A stretch of 64,000 nt of DNA from an uncultured Phaeodactylibacter sp. (GTDB lineage Bacteria; Bacteroidota; Bacteroidia; Chitinophagales; Saprospiraceae). The notes under the pieces were generated by a model that was not told where the DNA came from, did no database searches, and was given only the letters and a program-made list of their open reading frames with translations. Positions within the stretch are counted from its first letter, which is position 1. The number at the start of each line of letters is the position of its first letter. The stretch covers positions 1-64,000 of the forward strand of contig CAJXNH010000020.1 of NCBI GenBank assembly GCA_913057245.1. The letters are read 5' to 3'. Positions 1-10,139 of this stretch are shown in pieces. The position numbers were made by a program, and so were the translations under genes.

Positions 1-273
1 AGCCATACATCCGGCCCTGGCAACGGGCTGATTATCTGGCCCAACCCAACGGCTGGCGCTGCGGTACTGGAATGGGCGGTACCTCTGGAGGCAGAAGCGG
101 AAGTACGGATATATGGCCCACTGGGGCAGTTGGCCCTGCCGGTTCAGCAAGCGGAGGCCGGGCAGCAGCAATTGAAACTGGATATGGAGGGGCTTCCGGC
201 AGGCGTGTACACCATCCAATGCAGGTCTGCCGGAGGCCCCGGTCAGTTGGTAAGAATAATAGTGTGCGAATAA
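1..273 (+). CDS. 3' end of a gene continuing upstream of the window: T9SS (Por) C-terminal sorting domain
   Basis: Frame 1 is open from the window edge to TAA at 271-273. It translates to ...GLIIWPNPTAGAAVLEWAVPLEAEAEVRIYGPLGQLALPVQQAEAGQQQLKLDMEGLPAGVYTIQCRSAGGPGQLVRIIVCE. This is the typical ~80-aa T9SS CTD pattern (hxFPNPxxG...xGxYhhxh...K). The provided ORF 72..278 is in a different frame and is probably shadow. Confidence 0.55.
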   Translation, partial: SHTSGPGNGLIIWPNPTAGAAVLEWAVPLEAEAEVRIYGPLGQLALPVQQAEAGQQQLKLDMEGLPAGVYTIQCRSAGGPGQLVRIIVCE

Positions 274-341
274 GATAGAGTTGGTGCAGCAGCTACGATA
301 GCTTGAGGTTTTTGTGGGCGTTTTATTTGTGCATTATTTTC

Positions 342-380
342 GGCTGGTATGCTTAAGTGTATACCAGCCATTGTTTTTTC
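342..380 (+). terminator. Rho-independent terminator-like hairpin plus T-run
   Basis: GGCTGGTAT (342-350) pairs with ATACCAGCC (361-369), followed by the T-run ttgttttttc (371-380). It sits about 70 bp after the stop of the edge T9SS gene. Confidence 0.5.
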
Positions 381-971
381 GGCTGAATATGCTTTGAAAT
401 GCCTTACTTTTTTTGATAAATCCCGCGCAAATCGTTAACGGTGAGTCTACAAGCGGGCATTTTCGCTCTACAAAATAGTTTAAAGTAAAGTAAATCAACG
501 ACTTATGTTATTTCAACCTTTGGGCTAATTTCTTTGATGTTTTGAGAATCCCTCTTATGTTTGAAAAAGAATATACGGGTCTACATTAATAAGAACTATG
601 AATAACGACTAAGCTTTACTAATTAGATCTAAGTTTTCAGTGAGTACGAATGCGCTCCTCTCTTAATTACTCCTCCTGATATGGAAGCTAATCAAAGAAG
701 GTTAGCTTCCCGGGGGGAAGACTTCTCATTCTGTTTGGGTAATTTTATGTTAAAGCTGGTGGCCTGTTGTGGGCATCAGCTTTTTCTTTAATCAGATGTA
801 CTCTTTCCGCTTAGCAGTGATTGGACAATGCACGCTCAGGTGTGTTGTTTTCAGCATTTTTCCATGCTGTAATTGGGTAGCTGTACAGTATTATTTTACA
901 TTCAGCTGGCGCAGTTTTCTTTTGAGAACAAAGGAAAATAACTAATTTCAACTACTCAGAAAAAACAGAGT

Positions 972-2900
972 ATGCACAATAAACGTGAGAAACGGCAGTA
1001 TTTTTCGTTACTTCTCTTTCGTAACAGGCAGCGGATTCGTCAATTGACCCTATTCAGTATTCTTTTTTTGGTGCTGCCCATTCCAAGCTGGTCTTTCGGG
1101 CAAACAGAAGTAGGCGCCCCCTGTGGAAACAGCCTCAGTGAAAAGGATAACACCTATTCACCCAGCCGCCTGCTTGAACTCTTGCAACAGGCGGAAAAAA
1201 CCGGTAGCCCAGAGGCAGAATGCTATGACAGCCTTTACAGAAGCTTGTTTTTCCCATCAGATTCTCTTCAGTACGAATACCATAAAGCCCGGCTTAGAAT
1301 GGTGTTGTACAGCGGTAAAACGAAAGTGATAGAAGGCGTACTTGAGGAGTACAAATCTCTGGCTGACAAAACGAATTCTGTGCAAATCAAAGGAGGGTAC
1401 TGGCTGTCGAGGGGCAATGCCTACTTCGCAAATGGGGAGAAAAGCCTTGCTGAATCCGCATATCGCAAAGCAATTGTATTCTTCGATCAGGCAGAAGATC
1501 AACGCCGGCTTTATCTGGTTTACAGTAACCTCAGCATGGTTTATCTGAATAGTAAAAAATATGAAGCGGCTTACCAATATCTTTTGCTCAGTCAGCAATT
1601 AGCAGGAAAAACAGAGACGCTTATCTCTGAGCAGGACAAGGCGGTCGTGCTAAATAATATAGGGCTTACTTATTTGCGTCGGGATATGTATCAGGTGGCT
1701 GACTCTATTTTTGCAGAGGTCCGGAAAAAGGCATCCGCCATTGAGGACGGCGCCTACCCCATGGTACTGAGTCTGATCAATCAGATAGAAGTCGCCGGTT
1801 ACCTGGAGGATTGGGAAAGAGGTGAAGCATTACTGGAAGAGCTTGACCTGTATATGGAAGAGTTCAATTATCTGTTGCCCGGTTATACAAAGGCTGCTTT
1901 CAGAATATACTTAGGTAAGCAGCAATACGCCCGTGCTGAGTATGTGCTGGATAACCTGCGGTGTTATGAATTAAATAAGAGGACTTCACTTTCGTACGAC
2001 TTTTACTCCATGAAGATTGAGTACCATCTTGCTTTAAATCAGCCAGATCAGGCTCTCGCTGCTATTAATCTGGCCGAAAGTCTTGCTCGGGAGGATGCTC
2101 AGTACCGGGTAGCGTTATCAGAGTCCCGGGTCAAGGCTCTTCTTCTTAAGGGGGAAGCCGGTCTTGCCTCGATTGAAATGCGGGAGTTAGAACGCAGGCA
2201 TAAGGTTTTTCAACAACTGAGCAAAAAGCTACGCGTGGAGGAAATGGCGGCTATCTATGAATTGGAAACTTATAAGAACCAACGAGACCAGGCCGAGCGT
2301 GTCGCACAGGCAGCTGAGTTAAGAGCCACATTACTGGAGCGGAACCGTCTTTACCTTGGTGCAGCTTTGTTGTTTGCTATTGCAGCACTGATTACCCTGG
2401 GCATGCTTCTTCGCAGTAACCAAAAAAGGGTGGCAGAGGCAAGAGCAAAAGCACAGGCAGCCAGAAAACACAGCGAGCAGCTGGATAAACAGCTCAAAGT
2501 GCAGCGTCAGAATGCCTTGCAGAGCGGTATCGGAGCTGCACAGTTGAAAAATAATGCTTTGGATGCAATAGAGCGCTATGAATCCAACCCGTCTTTGCTG
2601 AAGCGAAAGCTGAGTGTCTTAATAAATGATTATACAGAGAAGACCGATTTTGTAGAGCCTTTTCTTTTATCCTACCCCGGCTTTTTCAAGTCATTGTCAG
2701 AAAAAGCTCCGGATTTGACAAAAACACAGCAGCGCTACGCTATTCTTATCGCCCTGGGGGCTTCGACTTTGGAGATTGCGTCTACTCAGGGGGTGAGCGA
2801 AAAAGCAGTGAATATGGCGCGGTACCGTCTTAAGAATAAACTGGAACTCGATAATGAGCTTGGTCTGGAGCCTTACCTTCGCCATTTGCTTTTGGAATAG
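972..2900 (+). CDS. TPR-repeat, single-TM, LuxR-type HTH transcriptional regulator (one-component)
   Basis: 642-aa ORF with an N-terminal hydrophobic segment and multiple TPR-like repeats (Y/A/L periodicity). A central TM helix reads LYLGAALLFAIAALITLGMLL. The C-terminus has a LuxR/GerE-type HTH (QQRYAILIALGASTLEIASTQGVSEKAVNMARYRLKNKL). Confidence 0.75.
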   Translation: MHNKREKRQYFSLLLFRNRQRIRQLTLFSILFLVLPIPSWSFGQTEVGAPCGNSLSEKDNTYSPSRLLELLQQAEKTGSPEAECYDSLYRSLFFPSDSLQYEYHKARLRMVLYSGKTKVIEGVLEEYKSLADKTNSVQIKGGYWLSRGNAYFANGEKSLAESAYRKAIVFFDQAEDQRRLYLVYSNLSMVYLNSKKYEAAYQYLLLSQQLAGKTETLISEQDKAVVLNNIGLTYLRRDMYQVADSIFAEVRKKASAIEDGAYPMVLSLINQIEVAGYLEDWERGEALLEELDLYMEEFNYLLPGYTKAAFRIYLGKQQYARAEYVLDNLRCYELNKRTSLSYDFYSMKIEYHLALNQPDQALAAINLAESLAREDAQYRVALSESRVKALLLKGEAGLASIEMRELERRHKVFQQLSKKLRVEEMAAIYELETYKNQRDQAERVAQAAELRATLLERNRLYLGAALLFAIAALITLGMLLRSNQKRVAEARAKAQAARKHSEQLDKQLKVQRQNALQSGIGAAQLKNNALDAIERYESNPSLLKRKLSVLINDYTEKTDFVEPFLLSYPGFFKSLSEKAPDLTKTQQRYAILIALGASTLEIASTQGVSEKAVNMARYRLKNKLELDNELGLEPYLRHLLLE

Positions 2901-2936
2901 GGCACTTTTGGTTAATTTCGTCTAAACGACTGTACC

Positions 2937-4067
2937 ATGCGAATCCTCATTGCCAGCGACACTTTTAAAGACGCATTGCCCGCCGAAGCAGTTTGCCAGG
3001 CTATCGAAAAAGGGTTGAAAACTGCCAATGATAAATTTCGGGTAACCCTTATGCCACTGGCTGATGGGGGAGAAGGCACTGCGGCTATCCTGGCGCATCA
3101 TACCGGGGGGCAGATGGTGGCAGACCGCGCCAGCAATCCACGCTTCGAACCCATAATGGCCCAATACGGTATGTCTGGGGACGGCAAGACCGCCTTTATA
3201 GAAATGGCTTCGGCTTCCGGGCTTCAGTTGCTTAAGCCGAAGGAAAGAAATCCGCTAAAAACGTCCACAATGGGTACGGGCGCTTTAATCATTGCTGCCA
3301 TGGGACGTGGGGCGGAAAAGATCATCCTGGGCCTTGGGGGCAGCGCCACCAACGATGCGGGCATGGGCATGGCTGCGGCTCTGGGCTACCGCTTTCTGGA
3401 TGAGCAGGGGCAGGAACTGGAGCCGGTGGGGGAGAACCTCAGCAAAGTGCACCGTATTGACGACCGTATGCTATTCCTGGATCCCCGGCAGATTGAAATT
3501 ATCACCCTATGCGATGTGGATAATCCGCTCTTTGGCGAGCAGGGCGCCGCTCGGGTGTTTGCGCCTCAGAAAGGGGCAGATCCGGCAGCAGTTGAGTTCC
3601 TGGATGCCGGGCTGCGGCATATTGCTCCGCAAATGGAAAAGCTTGCCGGAAAACCCATAGCCGATGTACCGGGGAGTGGCGCGGCTGGGGGCATGGGCGC
3701 CGGGTGTCTCACCTACCTTGGTGCTTCATTGAAACCAGGTATTGAAACCATCATGGAGGTGGCGGGGTTTGAAGCAGCTCTCGATCAGGCAGACCTGGTT
3801 ATCACCGGGGAAGGGCGCCTGGATGAACAAACCCTGAGGGGCAAGCTCATCAAGGGGATTACTCAACGCGCCCGGCAAAAAGCTGTACCCGTCATTGCTT
3901 TATGCGGTGCCCTTCAGGCCAGTCCGGAGGCAGTCCGCTCCATCGGGCTAAAGACGGCATTCTCTATCCAAAACCGGCCGGTTGACCTGGAAACAGCACT
4001 GCAGGAAACAGCAAGCCGTCTGGAGGAGACTGCCTTCCATGTCGGGCAGTTGCTATTGACCGAATAA
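2937..4067 (+). CDS. glycerate kinase (GarK/GlxK family)
   Basis: 376 aa. N-terminus MRILIASDTFKDALPAEAVCQAIEKGL matches the glycerate kinase family signature (MKIVIAPDSFKESLSA...). Gly-rich motifs GGSATNDAGMG and TGEGRLDEQTLRGK are typical of the family. Confidence 0.8.
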   Translation: MRILIASDTFKDALPAEAVCQAIEKGLKTANDKFRVTLMPLADGGEGTAAILAHHTGGQMVADRASNPRFEPIMAQYGMSGDGKTAFIEMASASGLQLLKPKERNPLKTSTMGTGALIIAAMGRGAEKIILGLGGSATNDAGMGMAAALGYRFLDEQGQELEPVGENLSKVHRIDDRMLFLDPRQIEIITLCDVDNPLFGEQGAARVFAPQKGADPAAVEFLDAGLRHIAPQMEKLAGKPIADVPGSGAAGGMGAGCLTYLGASLKPGIETIMEVAGFEAALDQADLVITGEGRLDEQTLRGKLIKGITQRARQKAVPVIALCGALQASPEAVRSIGLKTAFSIQNRPVDLETALQETASRLEETAFHVGQLLLTE

Positions 4068-4301
4068 CTTAGCAGGATAAGACAATTACCGTTATCGTTT
4101 TTCCCGGAAATTGCTTTCAAAAAAGATGAAGCAGGTCTGGATGATACTAATCTTGCTCTGTGGAGCAGGTCTCGCCTGTGCACAACCTCTTGCTGTGGCG
4201 CATGCTCACTCATTTTTACCGGATACCATCCAAATCAAAGACACCTGGTGGGGTGGGCAGCGGTATCAGTTGGAAGGGGATTACCTCAGCCTACGGTAAG
4301 G

Positions 4302-6863
4302 TCACTGCACGATGAGCGGCATGACATACACGTTTTCCCTACTCAACACCTTAATATAGTAAGTGCCCCCAGGCCATCCTTGGAGCGAAATACATCCTGG
4401 TACTTGCCGGAAGGCACCCGCTGCTACTACTTGCCCGGTCGCATTGAAGCACTGCCAGGGGAGGGAGAGCGGCAATTCCGGGCTCGCCTGTAGGCAGGTT
4501 TGGGTAGAAGCAGGGTTGGGTGATAGCCAGATTTGTGGTTGCCTTGCCTCGTTTGCTGTGGAAGAGGGGTGTAGGAAGAGGGTTTCCGTTACCGCCCGGG
4601 AGCAGTTGGGGTTGGAGGCATTGAGCGTAACCTCGAAGGTGCCGGGCGCAGGGAAGGTGTGTACCGGATTGGTTACTGTGCTTGTTTCCCCATCCCCAAA
4701 ATTCCAGGAGAAGAAATCAGCATCCGTTGATAAATTAGTGAAAGTGGCGGTCAGCTCATTCGTTTCGTAGGTAAAGGCGGCGGTTGGTCGGGTGTAAATC
4801 GTGACTTGGTCTTGCACCGTAATCTGTTGGGGCGCAAAGGCACTGAACAGGGTAAGGCTAACATCATAAGTGCCCGGTGTTTCATAGGTAATCGTGGGAT
4901 TGGGCTGCGTGGACGAGGCAGGCGTGCCTCCCGGAAAGGCCCAAAGCAGGCTGTCAAAGTTGCCGGTAGACTGATTGACAAAGCCGATGCTCCGGGGGGC
5001 ACAGCCGCTGCTGCTGCCGCTCACGCCAAAGTCCGGCACGGGCGCGCTGCCCACAGTAATCGTTTGCTCAGCAGTAGCAGAACCGCAGTCGTTGGTGACG
5101 GTAAAAGTAACGGTGTAAATCCCTGGGGTGGTGTAAGTGTGAGTGGGGCTGGCAGAGGCGGAGGTGTTGCCGTCCCCAAAGTCCCAGTTGTAGGTTGTTG
5201 CATCCATGGTGGCCGGAGAAAAGGTAGCAGTCAGCCCATTCACGTCCGTAGTAAAGTCAGGTAGGGGTGGCACCCCGCTGATCACTTCAATCACACTGCT
5301 GTAAACCGGTGGGAAGCAGCTGGATATTGCCGAGAGGCGGAAGCTCAAGCCAGCGGCAGCAGCCGGGTTGTTGAGGAGCAGGTTGGGGGTGTTGACACCA
5401 TCATAGGCGGCATTATCCGGTACGGGCATAAAACCGTTGCCGTTGTCGAATTCCCAGATCAGGGTATTGAAGTTTCCATTGGGCAGTGTGCTTAGGGTAA
5501 GGGTTTCGGCACAAGCGGACAACGTATCCTGATCGGTGGCCACCACAGGCGGCTGTGGGATTGGCAGTGTGCTCAACGGGAAAGTCAACGGCTGCTCCAG
5601 CAAGCCATTGGTACCGGAAGTCGCTCCGTTTGGTGATTCCGGGCATTCGGAGGAATTGAGGGAGAGGCCTGGCACTCCTCCATTGAGCAGGATATCAGTG
5701 TCAAAGCCTCCGGGGGCGCTGATGTAGCCGCCGCTGCCACCCCCACCCGGGCCGAAGCACTGATCCTGATTGTTGTTGTTGGCGCTACCGCCGTTGCCGC
5801 CCATTGCAGAAAAGGTAATCGGGCCGGTGATGTTGTTAGCATTGATCAGGATCATGCCGCCTGCACCGCCCCCGCCGGCACCATCGCCTCCGGCGTTTTG
5901 GGCATGCATCCCATTCGCTACGATGGCCCCGCTATTGCTTATAATTTGGTCCGCTTGCAGTAAAACGATACCTCCGCCATTGCCGCCATCTGTAGCTACG
6001 TTGTTGTTGCCATGGCCAGCTCCGCCGCCGCCGCCCAGGAAAAGCCGTTCATTGTTGGGCAAAGGCCAGCCTGCGGCACCTTCCCCAAACCCTTTGCAGC
6101 CCAGGAAGTCGGGATTGTCATTTTCACCGCCCCGGCCTCCGGCAGTAAGCAGTGCACCACCGCCCCCGCCGGCATTATGGTCGTTACCGCCTCCGCCCCC
6201 GTTGGCTGCCGCGCCTCTGCCCCGGGGCCAGGCCATGGGTACGCCGCCTATGCCTTCCCCCTTGAGCCCGCCGCGAATGCTGTTGGCATCAAAGCGGTAA
6301 TCCTCATAATTGATCAGCCAGGTACAGCCGCCATCGTAGTCCAGAGCAGCACTCCCACCCCGGAATCCTTTCCCCGTAGCAGTAAGGTGCCCATTTAGCG
6401 TAAGCGTACCTGCCCGGAAGGCCAGTATGCCACCGGTTTGCCCGTCCCAGGCTTGTGCGGTAACCGAATCGGTGACGACCGCTTGTTCGTAATAGGGGAT
6501 ACTTACGGCCTGTATGTGGCCGTCAGTATTATAGGTGTGCAACAAAGATTGGGTGAGCAACAGGTCGTTGCCCTGAACCTCCTGAATGACAGCCTGCTCC
6601 CAGACACCCGCTGTCCCCAGCTCCGCAACGGACCCAAACTGAGAATTGTTGGGTACAGAGAGGACTGCGCCCTGCATTTGAGCGATTAAGAGGGTGTCGC
6701 CTTGCTGAAAATTAGCAGCATTGCCCACGGTCAGGCGGGCGGTACAGGTGTCAATAGCGGATACCGGGCTGTAGTGGTTGATGATACCGGTAAGCGTATC
6801 GGTCTGCGCAAATAAATTTGATAGGAGAAATAGGGAAAGCGCCAGGCAGGTTAACGTCTTCAT
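4302..6863 (-). CDS. T9SS-secreted protein with PKD domains and a long Gly/Asn-rich region
   Basis: 853 aa with a signal peptide (MKTLTCLALSLFLLSNLFAQ). The central low-complexity GGGGG/NGG tracts may be beta-helix-like. PKD-like repeats contain WDFGDGNTSASASPTHTYTTPGIYTVTFTVTNDCG and WNFGDGETSTVTNPVHTFPAPGTFEVT. The C-terminal T9SS CTD reads ...QIWLSPNPAS...GGTYYIKVLSRENVYVMPLIVQ. Confidence 0.8.
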   Translation of the reverse strand: MKTLTCLALSLFLLSNLFAQTDTLTGIINHYSPVSAIDTCTARLTVGNAANFQQGDTLLIAQMQGAVLSVPNNSQFGSVAELGTAGVWEQAVIQEVQGNDLLLTQSLLHTYNTDGHIQAVSIPYYEQAVVTDSVTAQAWDGQTGGILAFRAGTLTLNGHLTATGKGFRGGSAALDYDGGCTWLINYEDYRFDANSIRGGLKGEGIGGVPMAWPRGRGAAANGGGGGNDHNAGGGGGALLTAGGRGGENDNPDFLGCKGFGEGAAGWPLPNNERLFLGGGGGAGHGNNNVATDGGNGGGIVLLQADQIISNSGAIVANGMHAQNAGGDGAGGGGAGGMILINANNITGPITFSAMGGNGGSANNNNQDQCFGPGGGGSGGYISAPGGFDTDILLNGGVPGLSLNSSECPESPNGATSGTNGLLEQPLTFPLSTLPIPQPPVVATDQDTLSACAETLTLSTLPNGNFNTLIWEFDNGNGFMPVPDNAAYDGVNTPNLLLNNPAAAAGLSFRLSAISSCFPPVYSSVIEVISGVPPLPDFTTDVNGLTATFSPATMDATTYNWDFGDGNTSASASPTHTYTTPGIYTVTFTVTNDCGSATAEQTITVGSAPVPDFGVSGSSSGCAPRSIGFVNQSTGNFDSLLWAFPGGTPASSTQPNPTITYETPGTYDVSLTLFSAFAPQQITVQDQVTIYTRPTAAFTYETNELTATFTNLSTDADFFSWNFGDGETSTVTNPVHTFPAPGTFEVTLNASNPNCSRAVTETLFLHPSSTANEARQPQIWLSPNPASTQTCLQASPELPLSLPWQCFNATGQVVAAGAFRQVPGCISLQGWPGGTYYIKVLSRENVYVMPLIVQ

Positions 6864-6919
6864 GGTTTGGGAATTGTATGAGTCATTTAAGACAAGATAG
6901 CCAATTCCGGGGACTTATA

Positions 6920-7246
6920 CTATGCTTCTTCGTCTTCGGGAGCCAGTTGTACCTTTAGTCCGTTGAGCTCGGGCGTAATTCGGAGCTGACACCCCAAACG
7001 GGAGTTGTCTTCCACAAAGAAAGCCTGATCGAGCATGTCCTCTTCATCTTCGCTCATTTCCGGTAATTCATGGTCGGTTTCCACGTAAACGTGGCAGGTA
7101 GAACAGAGCGCCATGCCGCCGCAGGTGCCTTTCACTGGCAGTTCATAGGCCTTGCAGATCTCCATGAGGTTCATGTTCATATCTGTAGGCGCCTCAAGTT
7201 CGTGGGCTTCGCCCTGCCGGTCAACAACGGTAATTTTTACGTCCAT
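6920..7246 (-). CDS. 2Fe-2S ferredoxin (adrenodoxin/putidaredoxin type)
   Basis: Cys pattern C-x5-C-x2-C...C in GTCGGMALCSTCHVYV...LGCQ, an acidic C-terminus and ~108 aa from the internal Met MDVKITVV. The ORF track's longer start at 7285 adds 13 non-conserved residues. Confidence 0.75.
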   Translation of the reverse strand: MDVKITVVDRQGEAHELEAPTDMNMNLMEICKAYELPVKGTCGGMALCSTCHVYVETDHELPEMSEDEEDMLDQAFFVEDNSRLGCQLRITPELNGLKVQLAPEDEEA

Positions 7247-7461
7247 AATTTTTGTAGCTGTTTTCGCAGCGCAAATATAGTGCATCCGCCGGGGTTGGCA
7301 ACTGCCGGGCGGATTAATTCAAAAAGGCTGTTTTGGGGTAAGGCTCCCGGTCGCTTTCTGGTTTTGTTGATTTTTTTGTTTCGGTTTAGGTTTTTCAAAA
7401 TTATTGGTTTACCTTTGCACGTCTAATTGAAAGACCCTGACAATACTCAAATATCAGTACG

Positions 7462-7815
7462 ATGGACGCTATTAAGTTTGTAGAAGATCAGCTGTTGGCA
7501 AAGAAGGACTTTCCAACTTTCCGCCCCGGTGACAATATTGTGGTAAGCTACAAAATTGTAGAGGGTGATAAGGAACGTATTCAGGATTTCCGTGGTGACG
7601 TGATTAAGATCAAGGGCCATGGCAGCAACCTGATGTTCACCGTTCGGAAGACTTCCAGCGGCATTGGTGTAGAACGTATCTTCCCGATCGTTTCACCGAA
7701 TATTGTAGACATTAAAGTGCTGAAGCGTGGTAAAGTACGCCGTGCGAAGCTGTACTACCTGCGCGATCTTGTGGGCAAGAAAGCTCGTATCAAGGAGCGT
7801 GCGCGCGTGAAGTAA
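7462..7815 (+). CDS. rplS: 50S ribosomal protein L19
   Basis: 117 aa with [44 protein letters not shown]...[34 protein letters not shown], the canonical L19 sequence pattern. Confidence 0.92.
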   Translation: MDAIKFVEDQLLAKKDFPTFRPGDNIVVSYKIVEGDKERIQDFRGDVIKIKGHGSNLMFTVRKTSSGIGVERIFPIVSPNIVDIKVLKRGKVRRAKLYYLRDLVGKKARIKERARVK

Positions 7816-7847
7816 AAATTTTCAGCAATTCGCTGATAGCATATTAT

Positions 7848-7890
7848 CCGGTCAGTTTTCCCTTTGTAGAAAGCTGACCGGATTTTTTGT
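7848..7890 (+). terminator. Rho-independent terminator downstream of rplS
   Basis: CCGGTCAG (7848-7855) ...loop... CTGACCGG (7874-7881), followed by attttttgt. Confidence 0.6.
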
Positions 7891-7932
7891 GCCCGTTTGT
7901 GAGGTGCTTTATCGAATTTTGGCGGCTGAGGA

Positions 7933-9138
7933 TTAATCTACCCGGAATTGTTTAATCATCACAGCTCCGCTCTCTTCCAGATTAGAGCTTACGATGATGA
8001 CCTGTTCACGCTCCCCGTCATCCACGGAGACGGCTACGGTATTCGGCCGGATATCCCCGAGGTCGTCTGCGTGGAGGACGAGGAAGTTGTCGGTTTGCGA
8101 AAGCGTGACGGGAATACCAATGCGCCGCTTTGACACCCGGTGCTGATTGAGGATGCGCTCTCCGTTAAGGAAGAGGGTAGCGACATCGCCGTCTACGGTG
8201 CCATTATCCCAAATTTTAATCCGGATATTTGGGCTGCTCACTTCGAGTACTCGTTGCACTTTGATCTGCCGCTGGTTTTCCAGTTGGTAAGGTTCGGCAA
8301 TGGCCTGCCGGGTTTGTACAATTTCCCTGGTCATTATGGGTTTTTCAAGGTATAAGGCACCACTTGCGCAGGGGCCGGATTCCATATCATAGCCCTCGAT
8401 GTACCCTTTCCAGGTACCTTCCAGGACGAGGCGGCTGCCCTCCCGGCGATAGGCGAGGTCGCCCGACTTGATGCACCAGGGCCAGGCCGGGTCTTCCTTT
8501 TTGACAACGGAGCCTTCCTGAAAGTGGAGTTCGTTGCTGTTGGCGTCGTAGGTATACTCGAGGTCCATATGAGCACTGCCGCCGTTGCCTTCAGATACGA
8601 TATAGGAGCCACCCAGCCCGCGTGGCCCCAGGTCGACTTCGAAGTAGAAGCCATAGTCGCGGTCGGACTGAGAAAGCGTGCCTGTCCACTTGCCGGCAAT
8701 CGTAGGCTTTATTTCCTGTACGACCGTATCCTGTATGGTTTTGACCGGGCGCTGAAGGAAGAGCTGGCCGGGCGTACAGCCATCGGCGAGCCAGGGGCCG
8801 GACAGGGTAGGGATGCCGTCCTGCTCTCCTGCCCGGAGGGTCGCGTATTTAATGCACCACTGAGGCGATGCGGGCTCGATCTGTTCGACCTCCTGAAGAA
8901 TGAGCTTTTGCCCGTCCCAGAAACCGGTGAGGAGGAACCGGGCGGTGTGCTGCCCGTCAGCTGTGGCAGAGAAGGCTTCGCCGTTTAGAGAGGTGCCGGA
9001 CTGCTGTAGTTGGATACGATACACGAAGGTGTCGGTTTTGCCATCCTGAGCAAGGTATCCTTCCCACTGCCCGCCCAGATTTTGTGCAAAAAGTGCTCCC
9101 GAGGCCAGGAGCCAACCGATTATCAATTGCCATCTCAT
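7933..9138 (-). CDS. secreted hypothetical protein
   Basis: 401-aa ORF with a signal peptide (MRWQLIIGWLLASGALFAQ). It has coding-like composition and no family recognised by eye. Confidence 0.55.
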   Translation of the reverse strand: MRWQLIIGWLLASGALFAQNLGGQWEGYLAQDGKTDTFVYRIQLQQSGTSLNGEAFSATADGQHTARFLLTGFWDGQKLILQEVEQIEPASPQWCIKYATLRAGEQDGIPTLSGPWLADGCTPGQLFLQRPVKTIQDTVVQEIKPTIAGKWTGTLSQSDRDYGFYFEVDLGPRGLGGSYIVSEGNGGSAHMDLEYTYDANSNELHFQEGSVVKKEDPAWPWCIKSGDLAYRREGSRLVLEGTWKGYIEGYDMESGPCASGALYLEKPIMTREIVQTRQAIAEPYQLENQRQIKVQRVLEVSSPNIRIKIWDNGTVDGDVATLFLNGERILNQHRVSKRRIGIPVTLSQTDNFLVLHADDLGDIRPNTVAVSVDDGEREQVIIVSSNLEESGAVMIKQFRVD

Positions 9139-9363
9139 AGTTTTCTCATTCTGCGGAGCCTGATTATCAGACTGCTATAAAGATAGTGATAAGGATCAAC
9201 TACTGCAACTGATCTTTATCAATGCGCGCCCATCGGTGAGGGCATACCTTGGAAGCATTAAATCATTAAAACGGAATCCACCAGAAACTAAAAAAAGAAT
9301 GACACCGCAGCCCTAACCGCTGCCGAATTCAACTAAATCTAACCGAACTAGAAAATTGAACCT

Positions 9364-9669
9364 ATGAAAGTACAAGTGAATTCCACCTTTGAGGTAAACG
9401 AATACCTAAATGGGGTTATTGAGGAGAAAGTCAGCAAATTAGCCAATTATTCAGACCGGATCACGGAAGCGGAGGTCTACCTCAAAATTGGAGAAAAGCG
9501 CCACCGACAGCCGGAAGATCAGATTGTGGAACTGCGCCTGACGGTGCCCGGGCATACTTTTTTTGCCGAGGACCACAGCGATGCCTTCGAAAAGGCTGTA
9601 GCCGGTGCCGCTGATAAAGTGAAGCGGCAACTGTTGAAATATAAAGAACAAGTTACGAATCATCATTGA
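9364..9669 (+). CDS. hpf: ribosome hibernation promoting factor / ribosome-associated inhibitor A family
   Basis: 101 aa. MKVQVNSTFEVNEYLNGVIEEKVSKLANYSDRITEAEVYLKIGEKRH...VELRLTVPGHTFFAEDHSDAFEKAVAGAADKVKRQLLKYKE fits the YfiA/HPF (sigma-54 modulation protein) fold pattern. Confidence 0.8.
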   Translation: MKVQVNSTFEVNEYLNGVIEEKVSKLANYSDRITEAEVYLKIGEKRHRQPEDQIVELRLTVPGHTFFAEDHSDAFEKAVAGAADKVKRQLLKYKEQVTNHH

Positions 9670-10139
9670 TCTAAGAAGGAGAGCACAAGGCTTTCCAAGT
9701 ATTTACAAATCGTTATTCCCCCTTCATGTTTTGGAAATAGCGCTTGGGCAGAGGCTTTTATTTACACCGGTTCCGCTCACGGAGCTTCTCAGTTAATCCA
9801 GCCTTTGCCTACTACGCCGGGCAGCAGCATTCTATTGTCACCTTACCTCCGCTGCCCGGCGATTTTTTTGTCCTGCGGGGAAGGGGGTGACCAATGTCAC
9901 TGCCGGTCTGACGAAAGTCACCTGGTTATTTGATCTAGATCACAAACCCCGCCTCACAAACCCCTTTACTTTGTCTTTGTAATCAGAAAACAACCTTTAA
10001 TGATGATTTGCAAGCACCACAACCGCTGCCCCTGAGCAGATAGGAAGGGCATTTTTTTGCCCGGAGTCATGAATGAATGATCATATGTTAAAACAACAAT
10101 CTCTTACTTCAGTCCAAACCTTGTAAAAATTTTTAACCA

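Noticed and set aside
4111-4299. 62-aa ORF with signal-peptide-like N-terminus between glycerate kinase and the minus-strand T9SS gene
   Set aside because: It is short with no conserved features and could be a small lipoprotein. There is not enough evidence to call it, so it is left unannotated.
5770-6398. Plus-strand ORFs 5770..6300 (Pro/Ala-rich) and 6012..6398
   Set aside because: They are antisense shadow ORFs of the Gly-rich tract of the 4302..6863 minus-strand gene. Gly codons GGN read as CCN Pro on the other strand.
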